From Octopus sinensis (Eukaryota): a DNA stretch of 64,000 nt. The notes beneath the pieces are model-generated. The model had not been told where the DNA came from, made no database searches, and saw only the letters and a program-made list of their open reading frames with translations. Shown one piece after another: positions 24,450 through 38,499 of the stretch (the stretch's first letter is position 1; each line of letters begins with the position of its first letter). Where the stretch lies: positions 50,964,001 through 51,028,000 of the forward strand of contig NC_043010.1 of NCBI RefSeq assembly GCF_006345805.1, given 5' to 3'. A program made the translations under genes and the position numbers.

Positions 24450-25134
24450 AGGCTTATTATTATTATCATTATCATTTATTTGATAAACTGTAAGGAAATA
24501 ATTTGAATTATTTATGTAAAAAGTAAATAAATAAAATACTCTTATCAACTGTAAAGAAAAAAAAATATTAATTGAATATTTTATTGTCTTTTTACGTCAC
24601 AATGGAGCATCTATGCGGTCAAACAGAAACCGCTGTCAAATTTCGTTATAATTACGCCTTAAAAGAACAAAAAAATGTCTTAACAATGACGCAGCTGCAC
24701 TCCCAACTTATGACCATAAAAAAAATTGTGAATTACATTAAAAAATATTCGTTATGACGTCACTAAATAAACTGGTCACTAAATAAACTGTGACAGTTGT
24801 ACCGCTTTTAGATTTTAGCTACCATCAAAAATCGTCTCCAGTATTCGTCTGATGTCTATTTTTATTGACCCTCAAAGGATGACAGGTTATGTCGAAGCTG
24901 GCGGGATTACAGAGAGTCATAACGATATATATATTTTAAGACATTTTATCCGGTATTTTAACGATTCTGCGAAGCCGTCACCTATAATGATCCTAATTTG
25001 GGGGAGAAATCGATTACATCGGTCCCAGTGCTCAAATGATAATTATTTTATCATCGATGCCAAAAGGGTGACAGACAAAGTCGACCTCGGCAGACTTTGG
25101 CCCAAATACCTGACCTTATGCCTTTAGTAGAAAG

Positions 25135-25362
25135 GATTGAGCTGGCAGAAACGTTAGCACGCCGGGCGAAATGCGTAGCCGTATTTCGTCTGCCGTTACA
25201 TTCTAAGTTCAAATTCCGCCGAGGTCGACTTTGCCTTTCATCCTTTCGGGGTCGATAAATCAAGTACCAGTTACGCAGTGGGGTTGATGTAATCGACTTA
25301 ATCCGTTTGTCTGTCCTTGTTTGCCCCCTCTGTGTTTAGCCCCTTGTGGGTAGTAAAGAAAT
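25135..25362 (+). mobile_element. SINE family 2 (Meta-domain-like), well preserved
   Basis: gagctggcagaaacgttagc head; ggtcgactttgcctttcatcctttcggggtcgataaa...gtacc centre resembles the MetaSINE domain; many older copies (e.g. 1000-1215, 31675-31895, 36150-37025, 37790-38005, 40385-40595, 57618-58010). Confidence 0.8.
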
Positions 25363-26145
25363 ATATTATTTCTGCTATAGGCACAAGACCTGAAATTTTG
25401 GGAGTAGGGACTATTCGATTAGATTGACCTCAGTACTTGACTGATACAAAAGGATGAAAGGCGAAGTCGACCTCGGTGGAAGCTCGCCGCTTTATCACTT
25501 ACCTATAAATTGTAACACAAATTTGAAGCAGGAAAAGGGAGATTGATCCATTGACGGTTAAGCTTCGTAAGGAGGTCATTGTATTGATGCTTGTAATTGT
25601 CTAAAACCATTTTTACATTTAATTAAGATAACGAGGTTGTTATTAGTCAGGTTTTAACATGTTTAAGTCCTTGAGGCAATATTAGTTTTATTAATGCTGT
25701 TGTTTTACATCAGCAATTTCAGATTAGTAATCGTGCAGTTTACTAAATACTTTATGGTCATCTATCTCTCATTAAATAAATAACATCTACGAAGAATAAC
25801 AGACGTCGATTCCCCCTATTTATTTAAGGGATGGGCAGACCTATCCAACAGGACTAAACTAAACTGTTCGTTTTTCTTTTTAAGACGGTAGGAGATTTGG
25901 TGGCATACCTTCTTCATAAGTATGCTCCCGCTATGACTGCTTCCTTATAACTTTCAGAAGGAAAAACATTTATGGAATTTTCTATAAATACCCTTCAGAT
26001 GAAGTAGATTTTGATTATACCGAAATTTATGAAAAGATGGGCACGCAAACACATATATATTGACACACATACGTAATTTTTTTTCAAAATTTCAAGTTCC
26101 ATTTTTGTGTGTGTATGTGTATATATATATATATTATATATATAT

Positions 26146-26190
<45 letters not shown>

Positions 26191-26471
26191 ATGGCGTATG
26201 TCAATATGGTGTGTGCGCGCCCACTAAGTTTTTTTTTTTCTCTTTTCACAACGAATTCCGATATAATCATAATCTACGGATCACCATCTAAACGATATTA
26301 TTGAAAATCTCATTAAAAATAATCATTTTTTTCTGAAAGTTATGAGGAAGCAAAGTCAGAGGGGGGAGCATACACGTTGTGCGTATTCTTACCTCCGCTA
26401 TATATATATATATATATATATATATAGGCGACGAAAATGAAAAGATCCTATATATATATAATATATATATA

Positions 26472-26502
<31 letters not shown>

Positions 26503-26939
26503 TAGATACACTCACGCACAATCACTCGTGTAATACGTCGTGCTATTTTATACTTGATTTCAACTGACACAGGCAAAGCTAAAACGATGAAGGAAAACAG
26601 TCGGATAACTGTAGCCCCGGGCCGACCAAAGCCTTGAGTGGATTTGGTAGACGGAAACTGAAAGAATCCCGTCGTGTGTGTGTCCGTCCCCCCACATCAT
26701 TGCCTGACAACCAGTATTGGTGTATTTACGTCTCCGTAACTTAGCGGTTCGGCAAAATTAGCCGATAGAACAAGTACTAGGCTTAAGAACAAATCCTGGG
26801 GGGTCGATTTATTCGACTATACCCGTCAATGCTGTGCTCCAGCATGGCCGCAGTCAAATGACTGAAATATGTGTATGTGTGTACAAAGAGAGAGAGAAAG
26901 AGATACACACACATATATATATACTCTTACTCTCTTTAC

Positions 26940-27085
26940 CCTTTTACTCGTTTCAGTCATTTGACTGCGGCCATGCTGGAGCACCGCCTTTAGTCGAGCA
27001 ACTCGACCCCGGGACTTATTCTTTTTTTGTAAGCCCAGTACTTATTCTATCGGTTTCTTTTTGCCGAACCGCTAGGGGAACAAAC

Positions 27086-27120
<35 letters not shown>

Positions 27121-27283
27121 CATACATACGACAGGCTTCTTTCAGTTTCCGTCTACCAAATCCACTCACAAGGCATTGGTCGGCCCGGGGCTATAGTAGA
27201 AGACACTTGCCCAAGATGCCACGCAGTGGGACTGAACCCGGAACCATGTGGTTGGTTAGCAAGCTACTTACCACACAGCCACT
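26940..27283 (-). mobile_element. SINE family 1
   Basis: Reverse-complement copy, tail-to-tail with a partial plus copy at about 26610-26865. Confidence 0.8.
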
Positions 27284-27835
27284 CTCATATATACACTCGG
27301 TAATACGACACCTACTCCATAGGGTACATAGTCTCAAGAAGGTAATTTTTCACCAAAATTCTTCTTCAACACATACTCACACAACTTACCTTTCTCTCTC
27401 TAACGTTCATCTCACCTTTGTTTTCATACAAGTATTTATTTGTACAGTGAGGAAGAGAACAAGCTGTAGAACTCAATTAAGATTATATGTCGAAATAAAA
27501 AAAAAATCCACCCACAAGTCTAACTTATATAGTTAGATGTCTGCAATAAAAAGGAAATGGTGTGCCATTTCATAAAGCATTCGGCATTTCCAGCCAAATA
27601 CTAGAAATTAAAGGAAGCTAAGGAATTTTTCAAGATACATATCATTACCTCCCACTACCTTCATAATTGTTCGTTTATGTCCTGATAAAAGTAGAGGGAT
27701 GGTAGAATTGGTGGGGAGTCAGACAAAAATACCTTGAGATATTTAGTGTTGCTTTGAGTTCAGACTTCATTATTATTATTTTTTATTGTCCTTTCAGGAT
27801 CGATAAAGCAAGTAAAAATATTGTGAATATATTTT

Positions 27836-28248
27836 GGATCTTTTCGGTTTGAACGGCAGTTTTTTCTAGCGGTGTCATATGAAATTGTCACCCCTAATTA
27901 TGACCCTAGTATCCATCTATTGCTTTTCAATCTGTTTTAGGGTTAGTTACAGGTGGGGGGAAGGGTATCTTTTTTTCTTCACAAATGTAAATAAATCCAA
28001 TCTGTTTCTTAAACGAGGGACATGTTCATACGGCACAGAATTTTACCTCAATAGACGTCATTGATTGGTTGAAATTACAGAAATTGAAGAAAAAAAAACA
28101 ACAAATATCTTACAAACTATAGAATTTTCTCAATAAAGCCAAGAGAAAAAGATGTTTTATAAACACATTCTACCAGTATGCGAAGTTTAAAAGTGTTTAG
28201 TTACGTGGAAATTATTTTTAAAAACTGCCGTTCAAACCGAAAAGATCC
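27836..28248. mobile_element. Second copy of the GGATC-terminal MITE
   Basis: Same TIRs and body as 11130-11549; TSD TATATTTT on both sides. Confidence 0.85.
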
Positions 28249-29789
28249 TATATTTTCTCTGTACTGTATGTAAATAGGTTACCCAACATGGGAACGCATT
28301 CTTTACTGGCGGCGTTACTGTATGGCCACAACCTTATAGCTAAACGTATAGAGGAATTAAAATGCTTTCCAGTTTCACTGTAATAATGAATATCAATCAT
28401 GATAATAAATATTGTTTGAAGTTAAAGCAATAGTTATAGGCTGCTGGAATGGTTTAAAAGTTATGGACTTAATTTCTTTCTGAGCAAAAATAAATAAATA
28501 AACCCTAAAGTTTATTTTTCTAAAATTTCATTAGCATAGGTGAAGGTGTGGCTGTGAAATTTGCTTCTCAACCATGTGGTCTTGGGTTCAGTCCTGCTGC
28601 ATGGCACCTTGGGCAAGTGTGTCTTCTACAACAGAGTAGATTTGGCAGCTGGAAACTAGAAGCCCATCACACACACAGTGTCTTTGTGTTATGTATTTTT
28701 CAAGGCCAGGAACATTATAGTCGGTACTTGATTTATCGATTTCGGAGGAATGAAAGAACATTCCAACGCTATCGTGATTTGAACTCGGGATGTAAAGAGA
28801 CGCAACCAAATAATGCAAACTAATTTGTCCATCGCTCTGATAAGGAGTCAATACCCTCTAATTAAAAGTTATAAGGCCAATTACGGCCAAAATATGGTTA
28901 AGAAAGACACGAGAAAACAAAATCAAGAGGTGAGACGCCAAACTAGTTTTATAACTTAACTTACAATAGATATTTGGACTCATCATCAGAGAACGGACAA
29001 ATCATTTTGAAGTGTTTGGTTGGTCACTTTACATAGCAAGTTCAAATTACGACAGTATCGGAATCTTCTTTTTATTCATCCGAAATCAATAAATAAAATG
29101 GCGATTGCATCGTTCCTGGCATTAAAGCCCGTTTTTAATCTTCACTATAGCTGCAGAAGACTATCAATTAGAACTATAAAGCACCGTCTTTAAATACTCT
29201 CATTTTGTACTCAGTTTCGTTCTTCTAGTTTCAAGAAGTTATTGAAGGTTAAGTTCCATGAAAATCGATTGTCTTTCAAATAAACGAAAAAGTAAAGTAA
29301 AATAAAATAGAATAATGGAGTAGATTTAATCGACATTTAAAAAAAAAACATATTCAAGGTGTGCTAAGTGAATGCCGTTACACCTACACGAAAAAAAAAT
29401 CAGTTAAATGTTCTGTTCATGCAGAATCATATAATCTGCCTGTCTCAAAATTTTGGAGGGAAACATCAGTGTCTCGTTGATGTAATTAGAGAAATGTGCA
29501 GGCTTCTTTATTCATTTGCTTTTCTTTTTCTTTTACTTCCTTTGTACTGTTTACTTTTGTAAACTGTACTCATTTTCATTGATTATTGTCCTAAATTGTC
29601 ATTGTAACATTCTGAAATGAAAAGATTTCCATCTGATTGTCATGTGCTTTCACATTTAACACTGCCTTCCCCACCTTTTTGCGCCGTATTTTCTTTTGCA
29701 CCAGCTGTCTAATTCTGATACAAATTATGCATTCTTAAAACTCTTTAACTATAACAGAAAGATGGTGTGAGCAGACAGAATTGTTAACC

Positions 29790-29946
29790 CGGAGTGGCTG
29801 TGTGGTAAGTAGCTTGCTTACCAACCACATGTTTCCGGGTTCAGTCCCACTGCGTGACACGTTGGGCAAGTGTCTTCTACTATAGCCTCGGGCCGATCAA
29901 AGCCTTGTGAGTGGATTTGGTAGACGGAAACTGAAAGAAAACCGTC

Positions 29947-30010
<64 letters not shown>

Positions 30011-30215
30011 TTGTATATGTTTGTGTCTGTGCCCCCCAACATCGCTTGACAACCGATGCTGGTGTGTTTACTTCCCCGTAACTTAGCGGTTCGGCATAAG
30101 GGACCTATAGAATAAGTACTAGGCTTCCAAAGAATAAGTCCTGGGGTCGATTTGCTCGACTAAAGGCGGTGCTCCAGCATGGCCACAGTCAAATGACTGA
30201 AACAAGAAAATGAGT
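29790..30215 (+). mobile_element. SINE family 1
   Basis: Colinear with 9430-9830. Confidence 0.85.
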
Positions 30216-30281
30216 AAAAAGAGAATACAAAATAAAACTTGAAATTTTGAAAATATGGGATGTGTCAGTATGTCCGGACCC

Positions 30282-30437
30282 CAGGCCAGTCGCCAGACTA
30301 TGGTGCCCCGGGGGTGCTTCAGAATATTCTGCATGGACACTAATTTGTAGTAATGCTAAAGTGAAGTAAACCTGAGGGTGCACCACAAATAGCGAGGGGG
30401 GGGTGCCGTCCAGTGCATCCTCTTAGTGACTGGCATG
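30282..30437. mobile_element. Short hAT-like MITE remnant
   Basis: Imperfect TIRs caggccagtcgcca / tagtgactggcatg; no clean TSD. Confidence 0.4.
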
Positions 30438-30966
30438 GCGCGACCACCAATTTATTTATTTTTATTAAGTTTAGATATTAGATATATTCGGAATCTAAAC
30501 CAACTGAAAGGCATTTGTAGAAAATTTCACTAAGAAATATCCATTTTTCATGAAGTTATGAAGCAACAAAACGAATGCACACGTGTGGTATGCTGATATT
30601 TTTTACCCCTCCTTCATTAAAATGTTGTGTTCTTGGGTTTCATATAAAGGAAATTACTATTCAGTAAAATGTTTTTTCTTTTTAAATTTCCATTATTTTT
30701 TTTAACATTTTACCCCTCTCCCTTCTGTAACCTTTTTCTTTCCCATGAGGGTAATTTAAAACTCTGCCAACCTGTTGTAGTTAACTTTAGTTTTTATTTC
30801 TCTCCTCTCCTGGGTCGATACAGTAAGTAGCAGACATTCTGTTACACCTTTTCCCCACCCGTAAAATGTGAAGTCTTGTGCCAAAATGAACGGTAATCGT
30901 TATCATTTACAGAATGTTGGTAACGACTTCGTCGTCATCGCAAATCGACGAGAAATATATTCTCGC

Positions 30967-31317
30967 GTGACGTATGTGACAGAGACCCAAATTACGAAAG
31001 TGAATTATTAAGCTGTAAATGTTGAAAATTTTTCAAAAATTGTACTGATTCATTTTCCACGGTAAGTGTTTCACCTGGAATGTATGCTGAATTTCTTGAA
31101 GAGGTTAAGAAATAGGTGACGTATGTGATACCATACAAAAGAACTTTTTCACCTGAAAATATAAATTGGTCGTTCCTCTTAATTTCTCAAGAGCAGAATA
31201 AAAAATGTCATGGTGTTTATATACATTGACCTTGACATTAAAAAAAAAAATGTTAATGATTTTTCTGAACAACGTCTGCAGTCACAAGTGTCGTTTACCT
31301 GGTGTGACGTGCGTGAC
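30967..31317. promoter_or_regulatory. Putative regulatory region with three GTGACGTRYGTGA motifs
   Basis: Motifs at 30967, 31116 and 31304; CpG-rich unique context; plus-strand donor-like CG|GTAAGT at 31062. Confidence 0.4.
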
Positions 31318-34300
31318 AAAAAAATAGACGTTTATATTTTCAAAACAAATATTCTGTATCTTCCAAATCATATTGATCTGGTAGAAATTGTCCCAGTATT
31401 GATATCTGATTAAAACATACCTTTATAACGTTAAATATTCTTTGCAAAGATATCGGAGGGGGGGGGGCAACAACCAAGCAGAGATATCTTGTTTCAGTCA
31501 GTTGACCGTGCCCATGCTGGAGCACCACCTTGAAGGTTTTTTAGTCAAACAAATCAACCCCAGTATTTTTTCCTGAAATGCAAAGTTACAGAAGTGTAAA
31601 CAAACCAACGCCAGCTGTCAAACAGGAGGGGCAAACACACACACACACACACAATGGGCTTCCTTCAATTTCTTATTTCTTTACTACCCACAAGGAGCTA
31701 CATACAGAGGGGACAAACAAGGACAGACAAATGGATTAAGTCGATTACATCGACCCCAGTGTGTAACTAGTACTTAATTTATCGACTCCAAAAGGATGAA
31801 AGGCTAAGTCGACCTCGGCGGAATTTGAACTCAGAACGTAACGGCAGATGAAATACCGCTAAGCATTTCACCCAACGTGCTAACGTTTCTGCCAGTCAAA
31901 TTGGTTTCTGCCAACCAAATTCACTCAAAAGGCCTTGGCCAGCTTGAGACTATAGTAGAAGACACTTGCTCAAGGTGCCATATGGTGAGACTGAACCTGA
32001 AACCATGTGGCTGGGAAACAAACTTTTTATCACACAGCCATGCCTGCATGTTGTCTTTCATTGTTATTTAGACGCTGAGAAATCAGAAGCTGCTGGCATT
32101 TCTCCTGAAAATCAAACATACTGCATTCAGAATTACATCTGTTTGTCTTTCTTTAAAGACCAAAGGGTTATGATGTGAGGGAGATTTGGCTGATGTTTCT
32201 CAGGCTGAGAGACCACATAGAAATAACACAGAAACTAATCAAGATAGAACTGTGTCCCATCTACGGAACTATCAATTTTTCACCCATGATAAGCATCAAA
32301 CCTTAGAAAAGACAGTGAGAACCTCAACGAAGTCATTGGACATGTTAGAGATAACCGCCACATCTCCCTTCAAAATAAGTAAGACATATTGGATTTAGAT
32401 GAACAATATGAGATGGTTGTGGTTGGAATACATTTAATAATAGATCTACTGTTCACCTGGGTCTAACCAAGTACAAGAGTAACAATTTAAAAAATTAAAC
32501 CAAGTGCTTAAGAGAACATTTCTATTTTGCTCACATGGAGCCAATCAAAATTTGATGTTTCAATGTTCTAAAAGACAAAAGTAGAATCAAATTTCTCTAA
32601 TGTCTAGTCAGTTCACTGTAGGGCAGATTAAACTGGATAAGAATCAATGTACTGCCTCTCATAGCAGTGGTTTAGACAAAAGCTTTTGATTGGTTGTAAC
32701 AATGAAGAGAGTAAGTGGATAGAAGCAAATAATTGGCTGGCCTACAACTGGAATCCCAATCAATACATACAGACCTTTAGCCATGACTCAGTAGAAAAAA
32801 ACAACAAAAGAAAAAAAACACAGGTCATCACGAGTGGTGGAAAGAGGTAATAGATGAATGGTGATTGAGGTAGCAATATCATTTATACTCTCAGGAACTA
32901 AGAATTACATCTGTTAGTTAATGATATACTAGATGCAGCTATGGCTGGGTGGTTTCGGGTTCAGTTCCACTGCACAGTACCTTGGGCAAGTGCTTTCTGC
33001 TATAGCCCCAAATTTCACCAAAGCCCATGAGTGGATATGAAAGATGGAAACTGAAAAAAGCCTGTCAAATGCGTGTGTATGTGTGTGTGTGCATATGTAC
33101 TCTTGTCTAGACATTACGTGATGGTTGTAAACGAGCATCAGTCGTTCATTTCCAGTCTTTCATGAAAAACGTCTGGCCATGAGGAATTACCAAGCTTGAA
33201 AACAGGTTAATGTTGGCAACAGGAAGGGCATCTGGTTGTAGGAAAAAATCTGTCTCAACAAATTTTGTGGAAAAGCAGACATTAAATGATGATGATGATA
33301 GTGGAATAAGGTGGTTAAGTCTATCATCATCATCATTTAACCTGTTTCCCATGGGTCCTGTAAAAATGGGATAACATGGAAGGAAGAGGAGATGGGGACA
33401 TGAATAGAGAGCCCTACTCTGATAAAATATCCAATATAAGAATGCAGTACTAGAAACATGCAACTTAGCATGCAGATTTCATGTTGACTGAACTGCGATC
33501 CATTTAGATGCACAAGGCTGGTTTTCTTTTCTATGCATGCATGGTTGTGTGGTTAAGATCACTTTGCAACCATGTGGTTTCAGGTTCAGTCCCACAGCAC
33601 AGTACCTTGGGCAAGTATCTTTTCCTATAGCCCCAAGTCAACCAATGCATTGAGAGTGAATTTGGTAGAAGTAAACTGTGTGGAGGCTTGTGTGTGTGTG
33701 TACACATATAAGGTATGACACCTATTTTTTAAAGCTAAGTCATGCACTTCAGCTGAGAAAAGTTTTTAAGAATAAGGTAAGAAGAAAAGATAGCTTTTTT
33801 GAACTGTAAATGAATGTAAATTATTGTCAACAAATATGACAATCAACTTGTAAACTTTCATTAACTAAAACCTAAAATGTTATTTTATGATAAAACAAAT
33901 AATGGGTAAATATATATACCATACCCAGTGAGTGTGTGTGTGTGTGTATGTGTATGTATATGAGTGTGTGTGAGTGTTTGAGCATCAGTGTGTGTGAGTA
34001 TGTTTTATATAAGACCAGTAGTCGCCCACCCCTGTCCACACCACTGATGTTATCCAAGGGAAAGGCAAAGGGGCCGACACAGCCTGACACCAGTGATGTC
34101 ATAACTCATTTCTACAGCTGAGTGAACTGGAACAACATGAAATAAAGTGTCTTGCTCAAGAACACAACACACAGCCTGGTCTGGGACATCGAACTCTCAA
34201 TCTAATGCCTGTAAGTCTGATGCTCTAACCACTGGGCCATGTGCCTTCACTCCCTGTAACTTGCTGAGCATGGGATTACACCTACAAAGTTACCCTCCCA

Positions 34301-35032
34301 GGCACAAGTCCGGGCAAGGTTGTTTATGGAAGACCAGCAGTCACCCATGCATACTGGCCTCCCCTCTCCACGCCACCAGTGTTATCCAAGGGAAAGGCAA
34401 AGGCCGATACAGCTTGGCACCTGTGACGTCGCAACTAATTTCTACAGCTGAATGAACTGGAGCAACGTAAAATAAAGTGTCTTGCTCAAGAACACAACTC
34501 ACAGCCCGGTCCGGGATTCGAACTCACAACCTCACGATCTCAAGCTCGACGCTCTAACCATTGACCTACGTGCCTTCACGACCCTGTAACTTAGTAGTTT
34601 GGTAAAAGAGACCAATAGAATAAATGTTTGTCTTGATATGAGATCACCATATCACGCACATATGGTTGTGATACATGTGCCTGGTGTACCCTTATCATAC
34701 GGGTAATCGTGATGGGTATACTGGGCTTCGTATATTTTACCCCAGTGTCACTTTGATGGCATGCACTGATCTCTCACTCAATAATAATAATTTCTGATTT
34801 TGGCACAAGGTTAACAACTTTAGTGGCAGGAGGCAGGTCAATTACTTTATTTTAACAATCCCACAGGGATGAAAAAGCAAAGCTGGTCCTGGTAGGATTT
34901 GAACTCAGAAAGGGCCAGAAGAATTGCTGCTAAATATTTTACCTAATATGTTAACAATTTTGCCCTTTCACATTTCCTATGCCTTTTGATTTGAGTCATA
35001 GTTAAAGACCCCTTTATGGATGGGAGACTTAA

Positions 35033-35252
35033 CCCTTTAGTGTTTAAACCGGCCATATCCGGCCTAAATATTCTACATGTTTTATATTCAAACTGGCCAT
35101 ATCTAGCCTCTCACACCTAACCTACATTGACATTCTAAAAATAAACAATCATATCATTGAAACCTCAAAGCTATAACATAATGCATGACTAATTCAAAAC
35201 AATTTGAGTGAAAAAGTATTACATTTAATAGAGAAATTTGAACACCAAAGGG
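35033..35252. mobile_element. piggyBac-like MITE
   Basis: TTAA-CCCTTTAGTGTTTAAA ... TTTGAACACCAAAGGG-TTAA. Confidence 0.85.
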
Positions 35253-35282
35253 TTAAGGTAATCCCATAAACCAGCCTTCCCC

Positions 35283-35327
<45 letters not shown>

Positions 35328-35569
35328 AACACTGTATGAAAACCTATTGCATATGCATATTATGTATGTGTATGTTGAGAGTTTGTATTTGTCCTCCACC
35401 TGACATGAAAAAATAAGTCCTGGGGTCGATTTGTTTGATTAAAACTTGTCATGGTGATGCCCCAGCATGGCCACAGTTCAATGCAGGAAACAAGTAAAAG
35501 TGAAAAAGATATATATATATACACGTATGTGTGTGTATATATGTGTGTGTGTGTATATATACATATATA

Positions 35570-35603
<34 letters not shown>

Positions 35604-37038
35604 GATAGAGAGAGAGAAGGGGGAAATTAGTTAGTTAATACTTCCTGTTTTAGACACAGTAGGATTTGTGTATTTATATAAAGTATGTGTTTATATATGC
35701 ATGCGTAACATATATACACACCATATTTATTTTGAAATACATCCCTTGTGTGAGCAATATATGTAGATACATAGACACATAAGACTATAGTTCTGTCTGT
35801 CTGTGTGTGTGTGTGCGCGCGCACGTGTGCATGTGTGGGTTAGAATACACAAACGTATGAGATCACATGCACGTGTGGGTGTGGCTGAGAATGTATTTGT
35901 GCATGTGCAAATCCCCACCTACGATTTCAACAGAACGCTGTTCCGTCAGACTGTCAGAAAAATATTCCATAAATAGAACTGATGTTACTGAGAGAAGGTG
36001 AGGGATGTTCTCATGGTAACAGCTGTGTGATGAAGAATCAGTGAATGGAACTTGCTATGCCACCTTTAAATGGCTTCACAGATACCGGGGAATTCTCAGT
36101 ACAGCTTATACAGGATTGAGTCATCTCTCTTATTAATCCTCTGTTATATAGGCACAAGGCTTGAAATTAAGGGAAGCAGGTTAGTCAATTATATAGACCC
36201 CGATGCTCAGTACTTATTTCACTGACCCTGAGAGGATGAAAGGCAAGGTCAACCTAGGTGGCATTTGAACTCAGAACATAAAACTTGAAGAAATGCCACT
36301 AACCATTTTGTCCAGCGTACAAACGTTTTTGCCAGCTTGCCATCTTAATAATAATAATAATAACAATCCTTTGTACTAAAGCACAAGGCCTGGAATTTGG
36401 AGGGAAGGGGACTAGTTGATTACATTAACCCCAGTGTTTCACTGGTACTAAATTCATCAACCCCATAAGGATGAAAGGTAAAGTCAACCTTGGTCGAATT
36501 TGAACTCAGAACGTAGTGCCAGGTGATATACCACTACGTATTTTGTTGAGCATGATAACAATTCTGCCAGCTCACCTTCTTACTTTATAATGATAATTAT
36601 ATCTACTAAAGGCACAAGGCCTGAAATTTGATGGGAAGGGACTAGTCAATTACATCCACCCCAGTGTTTCACTGGTACTCAATTTATCGACCCCAAAAGG
36701 ATGAAAGGTAAAGTCATGCCAGGTGAAATACTGCTAAGCATTTCATCCATCATGCTAATGATTTTGTCAGCTTGCCTCAATAATAAAAATAATAATATTA
36801 ATAATCCTTTCTGTTAGAAGCACAAGGGTTCAAATTTTGGGGGAGGTAGAGTTTGTTGATTATATCGAACCTAATGCTCAACTGGAACTTATCTAATTGA
36901 CCCTGAAAGGATGGGATGTAAGGCGAAGACAACTTTGGCTCTATTTGAACTTGGAACATAAAGAACAACAGAATGCCGCTAGGCATTTTGTCTGGCATAT
37001 TAACGATTCTACCAGCTCACCACCTTAATAATAATAAT

Positions 37039-37326
37039 TGTTTGTTCCTTCTCGAGCCATGCCTGGCTCATAAGACCTGGTTTCCCGGTTTCCTTGACAT
37101 ATAGGTTCCCCACCTGGACAGGGCGCCGGTCTGTCACAGGTGAGCTACAAGATGCAGGAGGAAAGAGTGAGAGAAAGTCAGCAGAAGTTCGCCATTACTT
37201 CCTTCCAGAGCCGCATGGAGCTTAGGTGTTTCGCTCATAAAGACACATCGCCCGGTCTGAGATTCGAACCCGCGATCCCTCGACCATGAGTCTGCTGCTC
37301 TAATCCCTAGGCCATGTGCCTCCACA
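37039..37326 (-). mobile_element. V-domain-like SINE
   Basis: Colinear with 17965-18267. Confidence 0.75.
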
Positions 37327-38499
37327 ATAATAATAATGGTTCCAAATTTTGCCACAAGGGCAGCAATTTTGGGGGAGGGGACGAGTCTGTTACATCAACC
37401 CCAGTGTTCAAATGGTACGTATTTTATTGACCTTGAAAGGTGAAGTCGATCTTGATGGAATTTGAACTCGGAACATAGCGAAGGGTGAAATATCACAAAG
37501 CATTTTGTCTGGCATGCTAACAATTCTGCCAGCTCACCACCTTAATAATAATAACAATAATAATAATAATAATAATAATAATGTCTGATTTTGGCACAAG
37601 GTTAACAACTTTAGTGGAAGGTGGTAAGTCAATTACTTGACTTGTACTTTATTTTAACAACCCCACAGGGATGAAAAAGCAAAGCTGGTCCTGGTGGGAT
37701 TTGAACTCAGAACATAAAGAGCCAGAAGAATTTCTGCTACACATTTTACCCAATGTGTTAACAATTTTGTCAGCTTGCCACCATATATTCTTTTCTACTG
37801 TAGGCACAAGGCCACAAAAAATTTTGGGGGGAGGGGGCCAGTCGATTAGATCGACCCCAGTATACAACTGGTACTTAATTTATCGACCCCGAAAAGATGA
37901 AAGGCAAAGTCAACCTCAGTGGAATATGAACTCAGAACGTAAAGACAGTCTAAACACTGCTAAGCATTTCACCCGGAGTGCTAACATTTCTGCCAGCTTG
38001 CTGCCTTCTTGCTACCATATATCATTATTATTATTATTATGGTGGCAAGCTGGCAGAAACATAAGCACACCAGACAAAATGCTTCATGGCATTTCTTCCA
38101 GTTTCAAAGTCAATGAAATAAGTAACAGAGAAGCACTGACATTGATGTGATCAACTACTGCCCTCTCCTCAAATTTCAGGCCTTGTGCCTATAGTAGAAA
38201 ATATTATTAATATCATTATTAATGCCAACCACTTTACAATGTGTGTTGGGAGCTTTTTTTGGGTGCCACTGACACTAGTAATGTCACCAAGTAATTCGAA
38301 AGACATCCAAAATGCCTTTGACCACAGGTCCATTCAATTGAAGATGGTCAGGAAGCAGTGGCAGCTCGTAGATAAAATGAGTTGGGGTGCTGCTTCAGAA
38401 AATTTTTAGCCATTGTTTTAATATTGTGTAAAAGGAAACAAACATATAAAAAGAAAATTTATACATAAACTTCATCAGTTTGTGTTTTAGCCACTGCCA

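Noticed and set aside
24590-24790. CRE-like TGACGTCA/TTACGTCA sites
   Set aside because: The context looks like a decayed interspersed repeat with a small local duplication; no independent support for a regulatory role.
28830-28995. Isolated CTGATAAG/CTGATGA words as hammerhead cores
   Set aside because: No properly placed GAAA or closing stems.
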